A stretch of DNA of 60,758 nucleotides, filler included, from Basidioascus undulatus (Eukaryota): the NCBI GenBank assembly GCA_000826855.1. It is 5 parts of 5 records of this genome, joined end to end, with 100 filler letters (N's around TTAATTAATTAA, not from the genome) between each part and the next. Parts side by side here need not be neighbours in the genome. Positions count along the whole stretch, not along the records: positions 1 to 12,098 come from JTLS01000950.1; 4 more parts are not named here. The stretch is one strand, 5' to 3'. The notes beneath the pieces are model-generated. The model had not been told where the DNA came from. It was given only the letters and a program-made list of their open reading frames with translations, and did not search any database. A program made the translations under genes and the position numbers. How positions within the stretch are numbered: position 1 is the first letter of the stretch; each line of letters starts with the position of its first letter. Positions 1 to 12,198 of the stretch are shown piece by piece.

Positions 1-382
1 GGAAGTCGGGAGGGGGAGGAACGCACTGATGGCTTCCGTGTACAGCCGCACAGCCTCGTCATACCGCCCAGCCTTGAACGCAATGTTCCCCTTCTCCTTG
101 ATCTCCTCCGCGGACAGCGGTCTCTCCTCCTGCTCCTCCGCCTTCGCATGGCCACTATCCATTCCAGTCGTGTGAGCCACATCCAGCTCCCCTACCTTCC
201 CCACCTCCCCTGGGGAAGCGCACCCACTTTTGCTTCGGAAGATCATTGGTGGTCACCTCCGGGCTGGAGGGCGCGCTCGACCCGGCGCCGGCGTCGTTCT
301 CGCCGTTGGTCGAGGCGGCGGACGCAGAAGCTGCGGCGGCGCGGCGGGCAGCTTTCTTCTGGGCTGTCGTCTTCTTTGCCAT
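1..382 (-). CDS. TPR-repeat co-chaperone (DNAJC7-like), 5' part, truncated at window start
   Basis: Exon 1 MAKKTTAQKKAARR..., then an intron, then an exon reading AEEIKEKGNIAFKAGRYDEAVRLYTEAI (classic TPR) followed by a gtgcgt donor. No J-domain lies inside the window. Confidence 0.7.
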
Positions 383-683
383 CTGCGGAGGGAACTAAGA
401 GCATGAGGTTGCTGTTGTACTGTAGAATGGTGTGATGTGAATACTGACATTAGAGAATGTACAAGGCGGAATCCGACGAGCGAGTGTCCGGTCGTGGTCG
501 TTTCTTTTGAGTGAGCCAGCCGTGAGATGCTTCCTAAGTCAAAGACTAGCATAGGTATCGCACAGCTAATCAACTCCCGCGCCTCTTACACATCTACGCA
601 TCTCCGCTCCTCGACGTTTCTCCGCCCCCATCTCCAGACACAAACGACATTGTTCTTGGGCGTATAAGCCGGACCACCGCGCG

Positions 684-1478
684 ATGGCTGGAGCAGCGTA
701 CGAAGGCGCACTCGACCCGGGCCGGGATCTCGCCGACCTCGCGCTCACACACGTCTTGTACGACCCCACCTCGAGGGTCTCGCACCTCCTTGCACTCCTC
801 ACCCTCTTCCCCATCGCGTACGCACCTCTTTCTTTAGTCTCTCCCTAAAAAAGTCGCTGAGGTGCAGTACGGTGGGATGGGATGCGGAACAGTGCCATCG
901 CTGGCTACGTCGTCCTCATCCTCGACCGCCGCGAGCTGCTCTTCATCAATGCCTTCCTCGGCCAGCTCGGCTGCGAAGCAGGCAACTGGTTCCTCAAGCG
1001 GCTAATCAAACAATCTCGTCCGACCCGTGTGTCTCTCCCCTCACCGTCTCCCTGCGTCCTCTCCCATCTCACCTTCCCCTCGCCCTCTTCTCCCGACCCA
1101 CGCCCCACCCCACCAGCGATGCTCGGCAAAGGCTACGGCATGCCGTCCTCGCACTCGCAATTCGTGGGCTACCTATGTACCTTCTTCTTCCTGCACCTCC
1201 TACTCCGGATGTTCCCCTCCCGGACGCACACGCTGCCCACCTTGCTCCTCCTCGCCGCCGCCCTCCCTGTCCTCGCGGGGGGCGTCGCCTACTCGCGCAT
1301 CCACCTCACGTACCACTCCCTTCCTCAAGTCTTCGTGGGGCTCGCGCTCGGCTCCGCGCTCGGGGCGGGGTGGTACGTCGTGTCGGAGCACTGGGCGTGG
1401 GTCGATCCGCGTGGGGCGGCAGGGAGGGTGCTGTGCGCTGAGAGAGGGGGTGTGCAATTCATTGATTGTTTGGCTTAA
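684..1478 (+). CDS. CAX4: Dolichyl-pyrophosphate phosphatase (PAP2 family, DOLPP1/Cwh8)
   Basis: ATG at 684 (..LALTHVLYDP..). PAP2 motifs KRLIKQSRP, GYGMPSSHSQF and YSRIHLTYHS. Two GT-AG introns. Confidence 0.9.
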
Positions 1479-1612
1479 CGGCGTCGGAGATGTAAGAGAT
1501 GTGGGGAGGTGTGAGATAGGAGCTTTCCAAACGCCCTTTCGCCCTAGTCCGGCATGGCCACCGTACTTTCACCGAGATCGTGTCGGAAAAGACTCCGCAG
1601 CAGACGCTCATA

Positions 1613-2817
1613 ATGGACTCCATCCCGCTGCGCTTCATCCCCATCGAGATCCTCGAGTGTATCTTCGCGCACGCCACGAAGAGAGAGCACAAGCATTGGC
1701 TCGTTACGCGCCGCAGCCTTCCCCTTGTCTATAAAGATCTCCGTGTGAGTGGATTATACCTTTGGACTGTATGATTCGGAAATCCGAACGCTGATGATAC
1801 TTTCTCGGATACGGACAGCGCTGTCTTTACGAGAGCGTGGACCTGGACAGTCTCGACTCCATTAACCGTTCTTCACTCGCTTCACTTCCGTTCGGAGCAG
1901 TCGTTCAAGGCGAATATAGCGTTCAGGAAACTCTATATAGACATAGCCCGGCCTGAGGGCCTAGGCGACACCGTCGAGACGCTCGACTCCATCTTCGCTC
2001 CGGCTTTGCTCTCACTTCTCACCCAGCTCGAATCGCTCGAATGCTTCAGCGTCCGAGGCGTCAGTATCCCAGCAGGATTTTACACCCTCATGGCACTTTC
2101 TATCGCCTTCAGCTCTACATTAAAGATTCTACACGTCGGGCTCGAGCTTTGCCACCCTGACTACTCGCTCGCTTGTCTCGGCCGCTTCACACACTTGCAC
2201 ACGCTCGCCCTGGACTTCCACGAAGAGCCCGCACAATTTTCGGTCATTCCGCCACTTTACCTGCCACTTCTTACTAAGCTCTTGATTCGCGAGGACGTCC
2301 TGTTCCTCGGGGATGACAACGGCAACTACTGGCTCAACAGCGTTACCTTGCCCTGCCTGACCACCGTAAACATCGTTCTTTTCGTCCGCTGTTGAGCGTC
2401 TTGAAAGCGCATGGTGGAACCATCACGGCACTAATGTTTCACTTCAGTACCTATGGTCCGCCTCTGATTGAGCCCCTACGAGCCTGCCCGGAACTCGAGG
2501 AACTGTCAATCTCCGGCTGGTTGCCAGGGGACCTGGGGCATGCTGTCCCACAAAGCCTACGTCGCCTCTGCCTGCCACTCTCCGTATACGAAAATGCCGA
2601 GCATCTCGCTTCGGTGTTTGATGACCTTCTTGGACGAGAAGCCTTCTCGTTGCAGGCGATACAATTTGTAAACGTGGACGCAGCTCTTTCGAAGGAAGAC
2701 GAGCAGGGCTGGCACTTTTGGCACTGGGTCAGGGAGCAGGCAGGCAAGCTGAGGAATGAAGCGTTTCGCTTATTGACAAACATGTGTATCCGTTTGATGT
2801 TGATGAGTAGAGCATGA
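1613..2817 (+). pseudogene. F-box-like/LRR protein, frameshifted
   Basis: N-terminus IPIEILECIFAH is F-box-like, followed by LYESVDL and leucine-rich segments (LESLECFSV, LKILHV, LHTLAL, CPELEELSI). Frame changes near 1870 and 2393 are not explained by introns. Confidence 0.55.
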
Positions 2818-3598
2818 GCCCACTTCCGTTCTTGTGTAATGTATGTCTTCTGCAGCAGATCCCTGCACGTTGAAAATGGCTGTGTGAGCGAGTACCCAAG
2901 TGATTCTGTGTTAGATGAGCGGTGAACGGGAAGCTCTTGCCGACGAGAAGAACTGATGGGGAAGTTTGAAGCTCGTGGTCTAGTTGCCACGACAGTGGAG
3001 TTAAGCCTAAGGTGCATACGACCAACCTGGCGCTTCTTGCGAACCCTACCATGGAGTTATTCTTATGACTTTAGTCATAGTCGAACGTTTCTGATGAGAT
3101 GATGAAGTACACCGTGGTGTGCCGGACTTGGTTGTCCGACAACCGTTCAAGAGATCGCTGGGAACAACCCATGCGGCAGCATACCCGGCGAGAGTGCTCG
3201 AGAACGACAACCTAGCGCGTGATTTCAAGTGATGAGTATCATCATACCCCACACTTGAGCTTTCTGTTCCTATCCCACTCCATTCGTTTGTTCGCCGCAC
3301 GCAACTCAGCTGCCAACTTGGCTGCCAGCGGACATATCACGATATCGCTCGCGCAAGCCGCCCAAATCGTGAGCGAGCTTCCAAATGATGTGCGGTATTT
3401 CTATTCAAAAACAATACGATAAAATCTCTTGCAGACATTAGGACTTCAAGAGACTTGTCGATTCTAGTCTTGAATTTGCCTGACGGAGTGAGCGGCTCCG
3501 CCACGATGGCGTCTCGATGATTCCCGCGCCCCTTGCCACCTCCCATCATTCCCGACCCAACAACGCGTCGTTCTACCTTCGCCAACGCCCACACAAAC

Positions 3599-4988
3599 AT
3601 GGATACGCTTGATAATCTCGACGTAACTTTCGGTTCCCTTACTCCCGGGCGCGTTACGAGTTCTGCACGCCAAATATCACGATCGACGCCGGCGGGGGCG
3701 TCCACGAGCAAATGCTCGGACACGGACGCGGGGGATAGCGTAGAGCGCCCACCACCAAAGTTGCGAGTCCTTCAGTGTGTTAGTAGTTGTTCTTACATGT
3801 TCAGGCATGTCCTTTGCGCTGCTCGCTCGTCCTGATGAGACTGAGCTCCCTTGCAGGATACGCCGCAACCCGAGCATCAGTCGACTTCTTCTACCACGGC
3901 GCTGGCGACGCAACAAGGTGAAACAGCCTCATCTGACAATGAGGTGTGTGAAAACCAATACTAGACTCAGGTACCAGCTTACTGACTGAATCGTCCCTCA
4001 GCGGCGGTCTTACTCCAATTCACTGTCCACGCAGGCACGTTGTATCCGGAATGCCAGACAAGCCGGTGCAACTTATGAATATTCTCTTTTGTTTTATTTC
4101 AGGCCATAAGCGCTCAATCTACGAGCCCTTCCTCTCAAGATGCATACTCGGTGCGTCGTCGTTTAGCTTGATTACGCGAGGTACTGACAGAGCAGAACAT
4201 CGCGCAGCCGGCCTCGAGGCCCATGGAGGGGATGTCTCTCGCTGAGTTGAAAGAGAAACGCAAATCTCTTCAAATTGTACCGGTTGCCTCACTCGAAGAG
4301 TCTCGGTAAGTCCCTGTCAGGGGCGCCAGTTCCCCAAGGTCAGCTGACACCAGTCCGCACAGGCGCGCTACCATCGTCAAGCTTCCTCCGAGTCGACAGC
4401 GAGCCGAGCTCGGGGTGCGCCCATGTGTCTACCCCTTTCGATTTTCAAGGATTGTACTTATCCTCTGATCAACGCAGCCAAATGCAACGCCCTCAGGGAG
4501 CAGGGCGCACGTCGGGCCGCCGCCGCCGCGCCGTCGCTCCACCACGCGCAGGCTCTACCATGGAGTAGAAAACCCGCCTCAGCGGCCGCTCAAGCGCGTC
4601 CGAAGTGTTTCTCCGGTACGTCGTAACGACAGCTTTTCCATGAGCTTCGCAACGCAGAGGCTGACGGCGTGACAACAACAGCCGTCGGACCCCGTCCTCG
4701 ACTCCACCCCCCACTCCCTGCACGGCCTTCCCAGTCCGTCGAAGCGCCCCCGAACATCGGTTTCCAACACGAACGAAGCCTTCCAGCTAGAGAATCGCGC
4801 GGACACGGAGAAGAAGAGGGCGGACAAGGAGAAGAAGCGCGCGGATGCGGAGAAGAAGCGAGCCGATAAGGCCGAGCGGGAGACCAAGCACCTGAAGGAG
4901 GAGCTGCGGAAGCTAGCTGGTATCGCGGCGGGGATGGCGCAGGCGGGCGAGAGGATGAGGCAGAGCCTCGTCCGCGAGACAGGTTAAG
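3599..4988 (+). pseudogene. Multi-exon hypothetical protein with C-terminal coiled coil (paralog 1), probably degenerate
   Basis: Series of short GT-AG introns. Last exon reads RADTEKKRADKEKKRADAEKKRADKAERETKHLKEELRKL...TG*. Start position uncertain. Confidence 0.4.
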
Positions 4989-5329
4989 GAGGACCATGAA
5001 TGACGCTGCATGTAGGGGAGCTTGGGGTGCCTTGCTGATTGATGTTGGAATACCACATTCACCGCCTGGTTTCGTAACTTTATTGCATTATTGCTGTGGT
5101 CGAAAGAAGTGAAATGGAGTAAGGCGTGACACTGGCGATTAGAAGCTGCCGCTGTACACTCACTCCTTCACTTAGGGGGCGGGGCAGGCTGGCAGTTACA
5201 ATCTTCAAGGCAAACTGATCTCATAACTAGAAAATACATGTTTTCTTGTGTTTTCAGCTTGCTACTCTCACTCCATGATACAGGGACAAATGGACAAAGG
5301 GGTGTGATTCTCGCTCTAGCTTGCCGTCT

Positions 5330-7195
5330 TCCTTCATGCCCCCTGCAGAGCCAGAAGATTCACACTTATTCTTCCCACCTCGGCACAGGGCCGTCCTCGA
5401 GTACTTCCAGGTAAGAAATTCAGTTCCTCTTGGGGCCTTGACAGTCCTACTGATTTGCTCTTGGCGGCAGACGGCTCACCGTCTACCGTTACTCTCCTTC
5501 GAACGCCTCCGACCGCAGCGAGTATCCCCCATTGCAAGACTCGCTCATGGACAAAGAAAAGGGAACACATACGGCGGGATCCCCTGCTGTTCCTGCCCCG
5601 GGAATCATAAACGGGTGCCGACGCGGTGGAGCGAGCTTGAGAGCAGAGTAGGTGTTGCAACTTCCCACTTGGTGGGCAAGGCATCACTGACGTGAATGGG
5701 CAGCCGTCGGGCTCAGGAAAAGCTTCAGCCTTCAGTCCGTACAAAGACGGATCGGGCTCTTTCTCGAAGGTACAGTCTCTTCCCTGCGGTTCGCCCGAAT
5801 CTTGCTGAAACGATCTCATACAGCATCCGACCGCGATGCCTTGCCTCCTGCCACTGAGCAATCGGCTCGAATTGCGAGACGTAGGCCTTCTGAAGTAAGC
5901 ATTCTCAGCGGTTCTTCGTTGACCATGACCGCATGCTGACACGGTCCCTGTATCCAGGCGGAACCTGACACTTTGGCTTCTCCCTCAGTGCGTTCTATGA
6001 TCAGACCTTTGCTTCTTTCCGGGCAAGAAAATTGAACGCAGCATGCTTACCAACAGATATTTCCGTATCCTACAAACGCGTTCCGTATAAATCTCGGCCC
6101 GATGCGTTATGCTGTTAACTCCGTATCGCGTGGAATACTGACTGTAAACAATTTTAGTCCACATCCTCTTCCCAACGCCCGGCGAGCTTGGTCCAGTCTT
6201 CTATCTCGACTGCCTTTCAAATTGGAACGACCGAGGTACGAGGGTCTGTCTCTCCAAGCTTCCGAACAAGCCTTGACCACAATTGCAACAGACGCAAATC
6301 ATTTTCCGCAGAAGGAGGTATGTAAATGCTTACCCGCATACACTCTTACGCAAGGAATGGTTCTTCCGAAACTTCGATCACCGCCGCATTGCAGAAGATA
6401 TCGAGGGCGGCCAACGCTTCCGATGCTGTACGCCCGAGCCGGACCGGAGTGACGGACGCCAAGAAGGCTACGTGGGACGCGGAGCGCACCAAACTGAACC
6501 AGCAAGTCGTCGAGGCGATCAAGGCCAAGGACGCGTTGCAGGCAAAGAAGGATACACTGTTTCAGTACAATGTATGTGCGCGTCTGCCCCGGGGGGTCTT
6601 TTTTTTTTTCCCTGACGACAGACCATAGCTGAGTCGATTCAGACGACAGAGCCAGGTTCACAAGGAGAACAAGACGCTCAAGACAGAGATCGAAGAGCGC
6701 AAGACGCAGCACGCCGTCGCGATCGCCGGGCTCGAAGCCAAAGTCGCAGCCTCCGCTGCGCAGCCAGCGCCGGTCGTCCTCCTGCTGAAGCGCTCGCGCG
6801 AAGGCGTCGAAGATGACACGGTGCAACGGCGCGTGAGCGAAGCTCCCCTAGACCGGTACATCTTTGGCCGTTGCCTCCCAACCCGCTGGGCGCTGACGCT
6901 AATCCCATCTTTCAGCCCTGAAGTCCACTGAATGCCCCTCCCCGGACGGCATCGCGTCCACGCTATTGAAGCGGCACGATCTGCTCCTGCACAACCGGAG
7001 GCCGATCGCCGCGAGGCCGAGCAACGCGCATTGCAAGAGAAGGAGCGCGCGGACCAGTAGAAAACGCGCGCGGACGTGGCGGAGAGAGTGGTGGTCCGGC
7101 TGAAGAAGGAGCTCAGGAACTTGCGCGAGCTCGCGGAGGACATGCTGAAGGCTGGGGATAGACTGCGATGCAGCGTCACGGTGGAGGAGACTTGA
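5330..7195 (+). pseudogene. Multi-exon hypothetical coiled-coil protein (paralog 2) with in-frame stop
   Basis: Last exon EKERADQ*KTRADVAERVVVRLKKELRNLRELAEDMLKAGDRLR aligns with paralog 1 and has an in-frame TAG at 7058-7060. 5' limit uncertain. Confidence 0.4.
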
Positions 7196-7862
7196 AGTGG
7201 CTCGGTTTCGCTGGATTTCGGTTTCGCTGAGCACTGCACGTTACTGGCTTTTCTCTTATCTTCCTTTTTGATATCTTTTGGGATCCTTGATCTGTTCCTT
7301 CACTATGCACCTCCAATACCCTGTGGTTCGGGGTTGAGTCCAGTTTCAACGCTGAGCCGAGCATCCACTGCCGTCCTGCTCAAAACAGTCCATGTCACGA
7401 CATCAATGAGATGCGGAGACTACTATGCATATCAGATTAGAGTGCTTTGACCCTCAGGAATCAATCCAGACGCCCCATCGACAACAGTATGGAGGCTTTG
7501 AGGAAAAGAGAATGCCGGCAAGACTTGCACGAGCCTGTGCGCTTTCGGTTCCTGGAGCGCGTGTAAGTTGTGGGTAGGTAGGAGGCTCAGCGACTCGCCA
7601 GCGCTCATCCGACTTCGTCCATTACTTTGCAATGTACACTAGTCCGTTGCGAGAATATCAGAAACAACCAGCCTTTGTAGCTCAACCCCTCGATTTCCAG
7701 CCACAAAGGGTGAAATGGAAAGGACTGACGATCTGACGAAAAAAACGCACGAGACGGGGCTGCGTTGTCACGTTCTCACCGCACCCACCCGCATTTCGAG
7801 CACGTCAAGTAATGCAAGATACTTCAACTGCGCCATCATATCCGCACGCTCGCTCGGTCCAC

Positions 7863-9891
7863 TCAATCGATCCTCCTCCGCTTCCCCGCATCCCCGTCCT
7901 CATCCTCGTCCCGCCGCTTGGGCGGTCTTTCCCTGTCCCGCTCGTCCCATCTCGACCTCGGCGGCGGCGAGCGCCAGTCCCGGTCCCGGTCGTCGTAACG
8001 TCTAAGGCGGTCACGGTCACGGTCACGGTCACGGTCATCGTACCGCGAGCTTCGGTAGCGATCGCGGTCGCGGTCCCGATCGTCGTACCGTCCGCCGTCA
8101 TCATATCGGCGGGCCGGGGGCGGGGGCGAGTAGTCGCGTCTGCGCGGAGGGGACCGGCGCGGCGGGTAGTCATCCCTGTCGAAGCCATCCCTCCTGCCGG
8201 GCCCGTCCCTCGGCGCGGGCCGCGGACTCCTCCGTCCGCCCCAGCTCCTCGTCCCCAGCTCGCTCGTGTTCGCGCCCGTGCCCGGGCGAGGACCGTCCCT
8301 CCCAGCAGACGCATCAGGCATAAACCGCGGGTCATCGGTGGGCGCATCCGCCGCGCGGGACGGGCCGGGCTTGTCCGCCACAGCGCGCGGCTTGCGATCC
8401 TGGAACGTCGTGTCCTCCGCGGCGAGGTGGGTGTACTTGGTGCGCGACCGCTTGCCGAAGTTCCGGACTTGCATCACCTTGGGCAACATACTCACGTCAA
8501 CCGTGCTCTCCGTCGCTTCAGTGTAGTCGCGCTTCTTGAGGATGTCCATGTCCTGTCATCGCGCCCGACTCCGATCAGTTTCCTTACCTGGAACAGAGTG
8601 GAAGGGAGCAGAGCACACCTGGTGGAACGCGCCCTTGTGCCAGTACTTCTGCAAAAACTTCTGCTGGCCCTTGGGCTTCTCGCGCGTCTTCTTGGCATGC
8701 TCGAGGTCCTCCGCAAGCCGCTGCGCTTCCGGCAGCGCCCGCCGCCGCTCGATCTCCTCGAGCTCCTCATCGCGACTGTGCGGCAGCATCCCCGCCCACC
8801 CGAACGAGTCAGCACCGCGTGAAAGATTGCTAGGATGGAAAAGAATGAGCGCCAAATATGAACGTACGCGATCTGTGCCTCCTTGTCGCGCTGAATCCGC
8901 CCAAGCTCGCGCAGCCGCCAGGCGTCGAACTCGGCCTGAGGGTCGGCTCCGTCCGTGTCGTCCACATCGGGAACCGCCTCCGCAGCCTCCTCTGTTGCGC
9001 ACCCAACCCCATCCTCACATCAGCCTCGCGCTCTCGCCCTCGACCTGGACAGCACAGACGCACTCTCGAGCAGCTCGCGCTTGATGCTGTTCGCAACCAT
9101 ATCCACGCTCGCCTTCTTGCGCTCCTCCTCCTTCGCCGCCCGCCGCTTCTCGGCCTCCTCGGCCTCCTTCGCAGCGGCATCGGCGGAGACGGCTGTGTCG
9201 CGGGCGCGTCTGCGTACCCCACATCCTCATCAGTCCACTCGCTCGCCTCCCTAGACTGAAAGGCATGCAAATGGAGACGCACTTGGGGACAAAGACAGGC
9301 TTGAACCGCGGCGCCGGGCGCGCTTCCTCCTCAGACTCTTCCTCCTCCGAGTCCGTCTCGTACTCGCTCAACTGCCCATCCGCCAAGCCATCAGCTTCCT
9401 GGCCCCGATACACTCTAGTCCCTATGACAAAACCAGACCCACCTCTTCTTCCGCAGCAGGAGCAGGCGCCGCCTTACCCGGCTGCCTGAATACCGGCTTT
9501 GCGGGCTCCTCCTCCTCGCTCTCCTCTTCCGATTCTGTCAACCCCACCGCATCACTTCAGTTCCGTCTTCCGCCGCTCTCCACCACCTCCACCTCCTCCA
9601 CACTCGAGGCTCACCTTCCTCCTCCTCCTCCTGCCCTCCCACACGCACGCGCCCATCCGTTATCTGCACATCCCTTAGCTCCACCGTCATCTTCCCCTTC
9701 CCCTTCTGCACCACCCTATCCTCCTCTTCCTCCTCCCCCATGGCTCCTATAACCTCATCCCCCTCCTCGAGCGCCTCCTCCTCCTCCTCGGATGATTCCG
9801 ACTCCGCGACGTGCGCTCCCACCGGCACTTGGCCCGGCCGGTAGCGCGCTACGGGCTTGGCGATGCGCGCGGCGGGCTTTCGGGCGGACAT
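7863..9891 (-). CDS. MFAP1: MFAP1 / Spp381-like spliceosomal B-complex protein
   Basis: [87 protein letters not shown], then an Arg/Asp-rich tail. Confidence 0.93.
8008..8037 (+). repeat. (CGGTCA)5 hexamer microsatellite encoding Arg-Asp dipeptides in the MFAP1 tail
   Basis: Tandem cggtca units read directly in the sequence. Confidence 0.85.
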
Positions 9892-10269
9892 GGGCGCGCT
9901 GCGGTCGTGAGCAGAGTAAAAAGAAAGCTTGGTGAAGAAAGCGCCACTATGGCGTGGTGAGAGGGTGGAAGACGCAAGGGAGTTCGTGGAGAGCGAGCGG
10001 GCGCGCTCACGCGTTTCAAAGAACTCGCTAGCGCCGAAAGGCCCCTTACTTACGGTTGGAGAGCGTTGGAGGAGAAGCACCTTTACAAAACGGGTATCTT
10101 CCGTAAATCATTCAATCTTAGGAAGACTTGCCTGACACACTTCTGACTTAGAATTGAATCTGTCTTGCCTAGTTACTGATGTGGTGAGAACCGGCTGTGA
10201 ACGCGGTCACGCCTCCTCCGCTGCGGCTTGAATACGCACCGTCGGTGGAAAGAGCGCGGCAGAGGCGCA

Positions 10270-11383
10270 TTTGGAATGTGCTATCTGAGTAGGGGCGAAG
10301 ATTCCTCCAGCTGGAGGTGCGGGTCCAGAACTGAGCAAATACAGCTCAGCCCCAGTCGTTCACAGCTTAAGTTGATGCATGAAAGATGTCGTCGCAAAGC
10401 CCATCGAGAAAACCACAGAGATGTACCAATCTTTAACGAGCGCGTAGAACCTCCCCTTACTCCTCCAGTTCCACAGTGTTCCGTCGAAGGCAAGATGAAT
10501 GAGGCTACTCATACCGAGCAGTACTTCCAGCTCATGGGGTGAATCGAAAGCGACGTGCCATACTGTCCCGATGCAAACTGCAACATCTTGGAAATCTTGG
10601 AAAGATCATAGAACGGCATCGAACACTCCTCCAGACTGAGCACAAGACCGGAGTTGCAAGGGGTATGCAGGTCATGCAGACGCGCCGCAGATTGGGCATG
10701 ACCGAAATTATTGCCTCGTACGCGCGAAAAGAAGTGTTGTCTTGTGAAAGTATCGAGTGAGGGAACGCAAGAAGCTGTGGCTTGGTGTGAGCGGTGTCCG
10801 CGAGCTTCGATAATTGGGGAATGTTCGAGAGGTCGATCGATTCGTAGAGCAGCGGCGTAGCGACCGCATTAAACGAGCACGATACGAGGCAGAAGGACGT
10901 GAGCGTCCGGGAGTCTCGGGTGTAGGTGAGCGGGTGCGAGGGCGCAAGGTAGAGCGAGGTTGACCGAACGACCTTGATGACGAGGAGACGCACAGTGAGG
11001 CAGAGTGTGAGATGATGTTGGTGGGGAGACAAGAGGCGTTCCGCAATTTGGACAACAAGCCGTCCATTCCTGTCCTGGGCGGACTCTATTCCCGTCCGAC
11101 TTTCGTGCCTATGGAGTAGGTTGACATCGAAGGGCCTCCCCCGCCACAGCTTTCCGAAATCATAATGCAGCGCGGGCTGGAACACACGGATTGGGGAGCA
11201 CGCTGCGGAGGCCATTGAGGAAAAGGCATTTGCCTGCGGACCTGTGGAGCGAGTAGGCACTGGCGGAGATGCTTTTTTTTACCGATGAAGTACATTGTTG
11301 GATACATAACGGTGATCACTTGGCAACTGTGTGTAGAGAAAGAGGAAGAGCACGTATGGAAGAACGCTTTACGGGGAAGACAT
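10270..11383 (-). pseudogene. F-box-like protein remnant
   Basis: FCLVSCSFNAVATPLLYESIDL..MPNLRRV is typical of the region after the F-box in basidiomycete proteins. Upstream and downstream frames are interrupted by stops. Confidence 0.5.
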
Positions 11384-12098
11384 CCGACTGCCCGTTGCCC
11401 GCTCAGCAGACTGTCGGCGCCAGCTAGCGGTGCATGGACAACGAGGTCTAGTCTCCGTGAATGAATGGAAAAAGGAAAGGACACAGCCGATTGCATTGCG
11501 GGGACTACCTGGTACCGCGAGACTGGGGCAGCCGCCCAGGGCTGGGAGAGCGCAGCGCCGATGCGGCGTTAACTCTCGCTGAGGAACCGGTTGGTGGAAG
11601 GGAGGAGAGAGGAACAGAGGCGTGAGATTCCTATCCCTGTAGCCGTTGATGTCGAGGGGGAGATACTACAAAGAATAGTGTGTGTGCGATGTGAGCCACC
11701 CACATCTCCTTGGACCCCGCCTCGCAAGGCCAAGCACTCCCAGGCGTCATACGCGTTCTCATCTCTCACAGATACACGCACGCACATACAAACACAAAAG
11801 CAACGCCAAAAACATCTCTTCTATAACATTGATCAAAAATGCAAATCGCCATCCCCCAATCCACCCCATCCGTCTCTCCATAATCCGCACCCTACTGAAA
11901 AAGCACCGACCCGACGCAAAGCGAACTAAACATAACGTAAAAAAACCGAGAACACCACGGTAATCAAAAGAAAGCGAAGAAAGAAACCAAAGCCCGCGTG
12001 TGGGGTTGGGGTGGTGGTACAACGTGCGCATGAGCATAAGTGTGAGTGGGAAGAGGCCTGGCGTGTATGACGGCGGGTGCAGGGGTCGTCAGTACATA

Positions 12099-12198
12099 NN
12101 NNNNNNNNNNNNNNNNNNNNNNNNNNNNNNNNNNNNNNNNNNTTAATTAATTAANNNNNNNNNNNNNNNNNNNNNNNNNNNNNNNNNNNNNNNNNNNN
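12099..12198. other. Artificial contig spacer
   Basis: N44 + TTAATTAATTAA (stops in all six frames) + N44. Confidence 0.98.

Noticed and set aside
7812..8822. 336-aa plus-strand ORF and other long overlapping ORFs
   Set aside because: Antisense shadows of the GC-rich, repetitive MFAP1 coding sequence.
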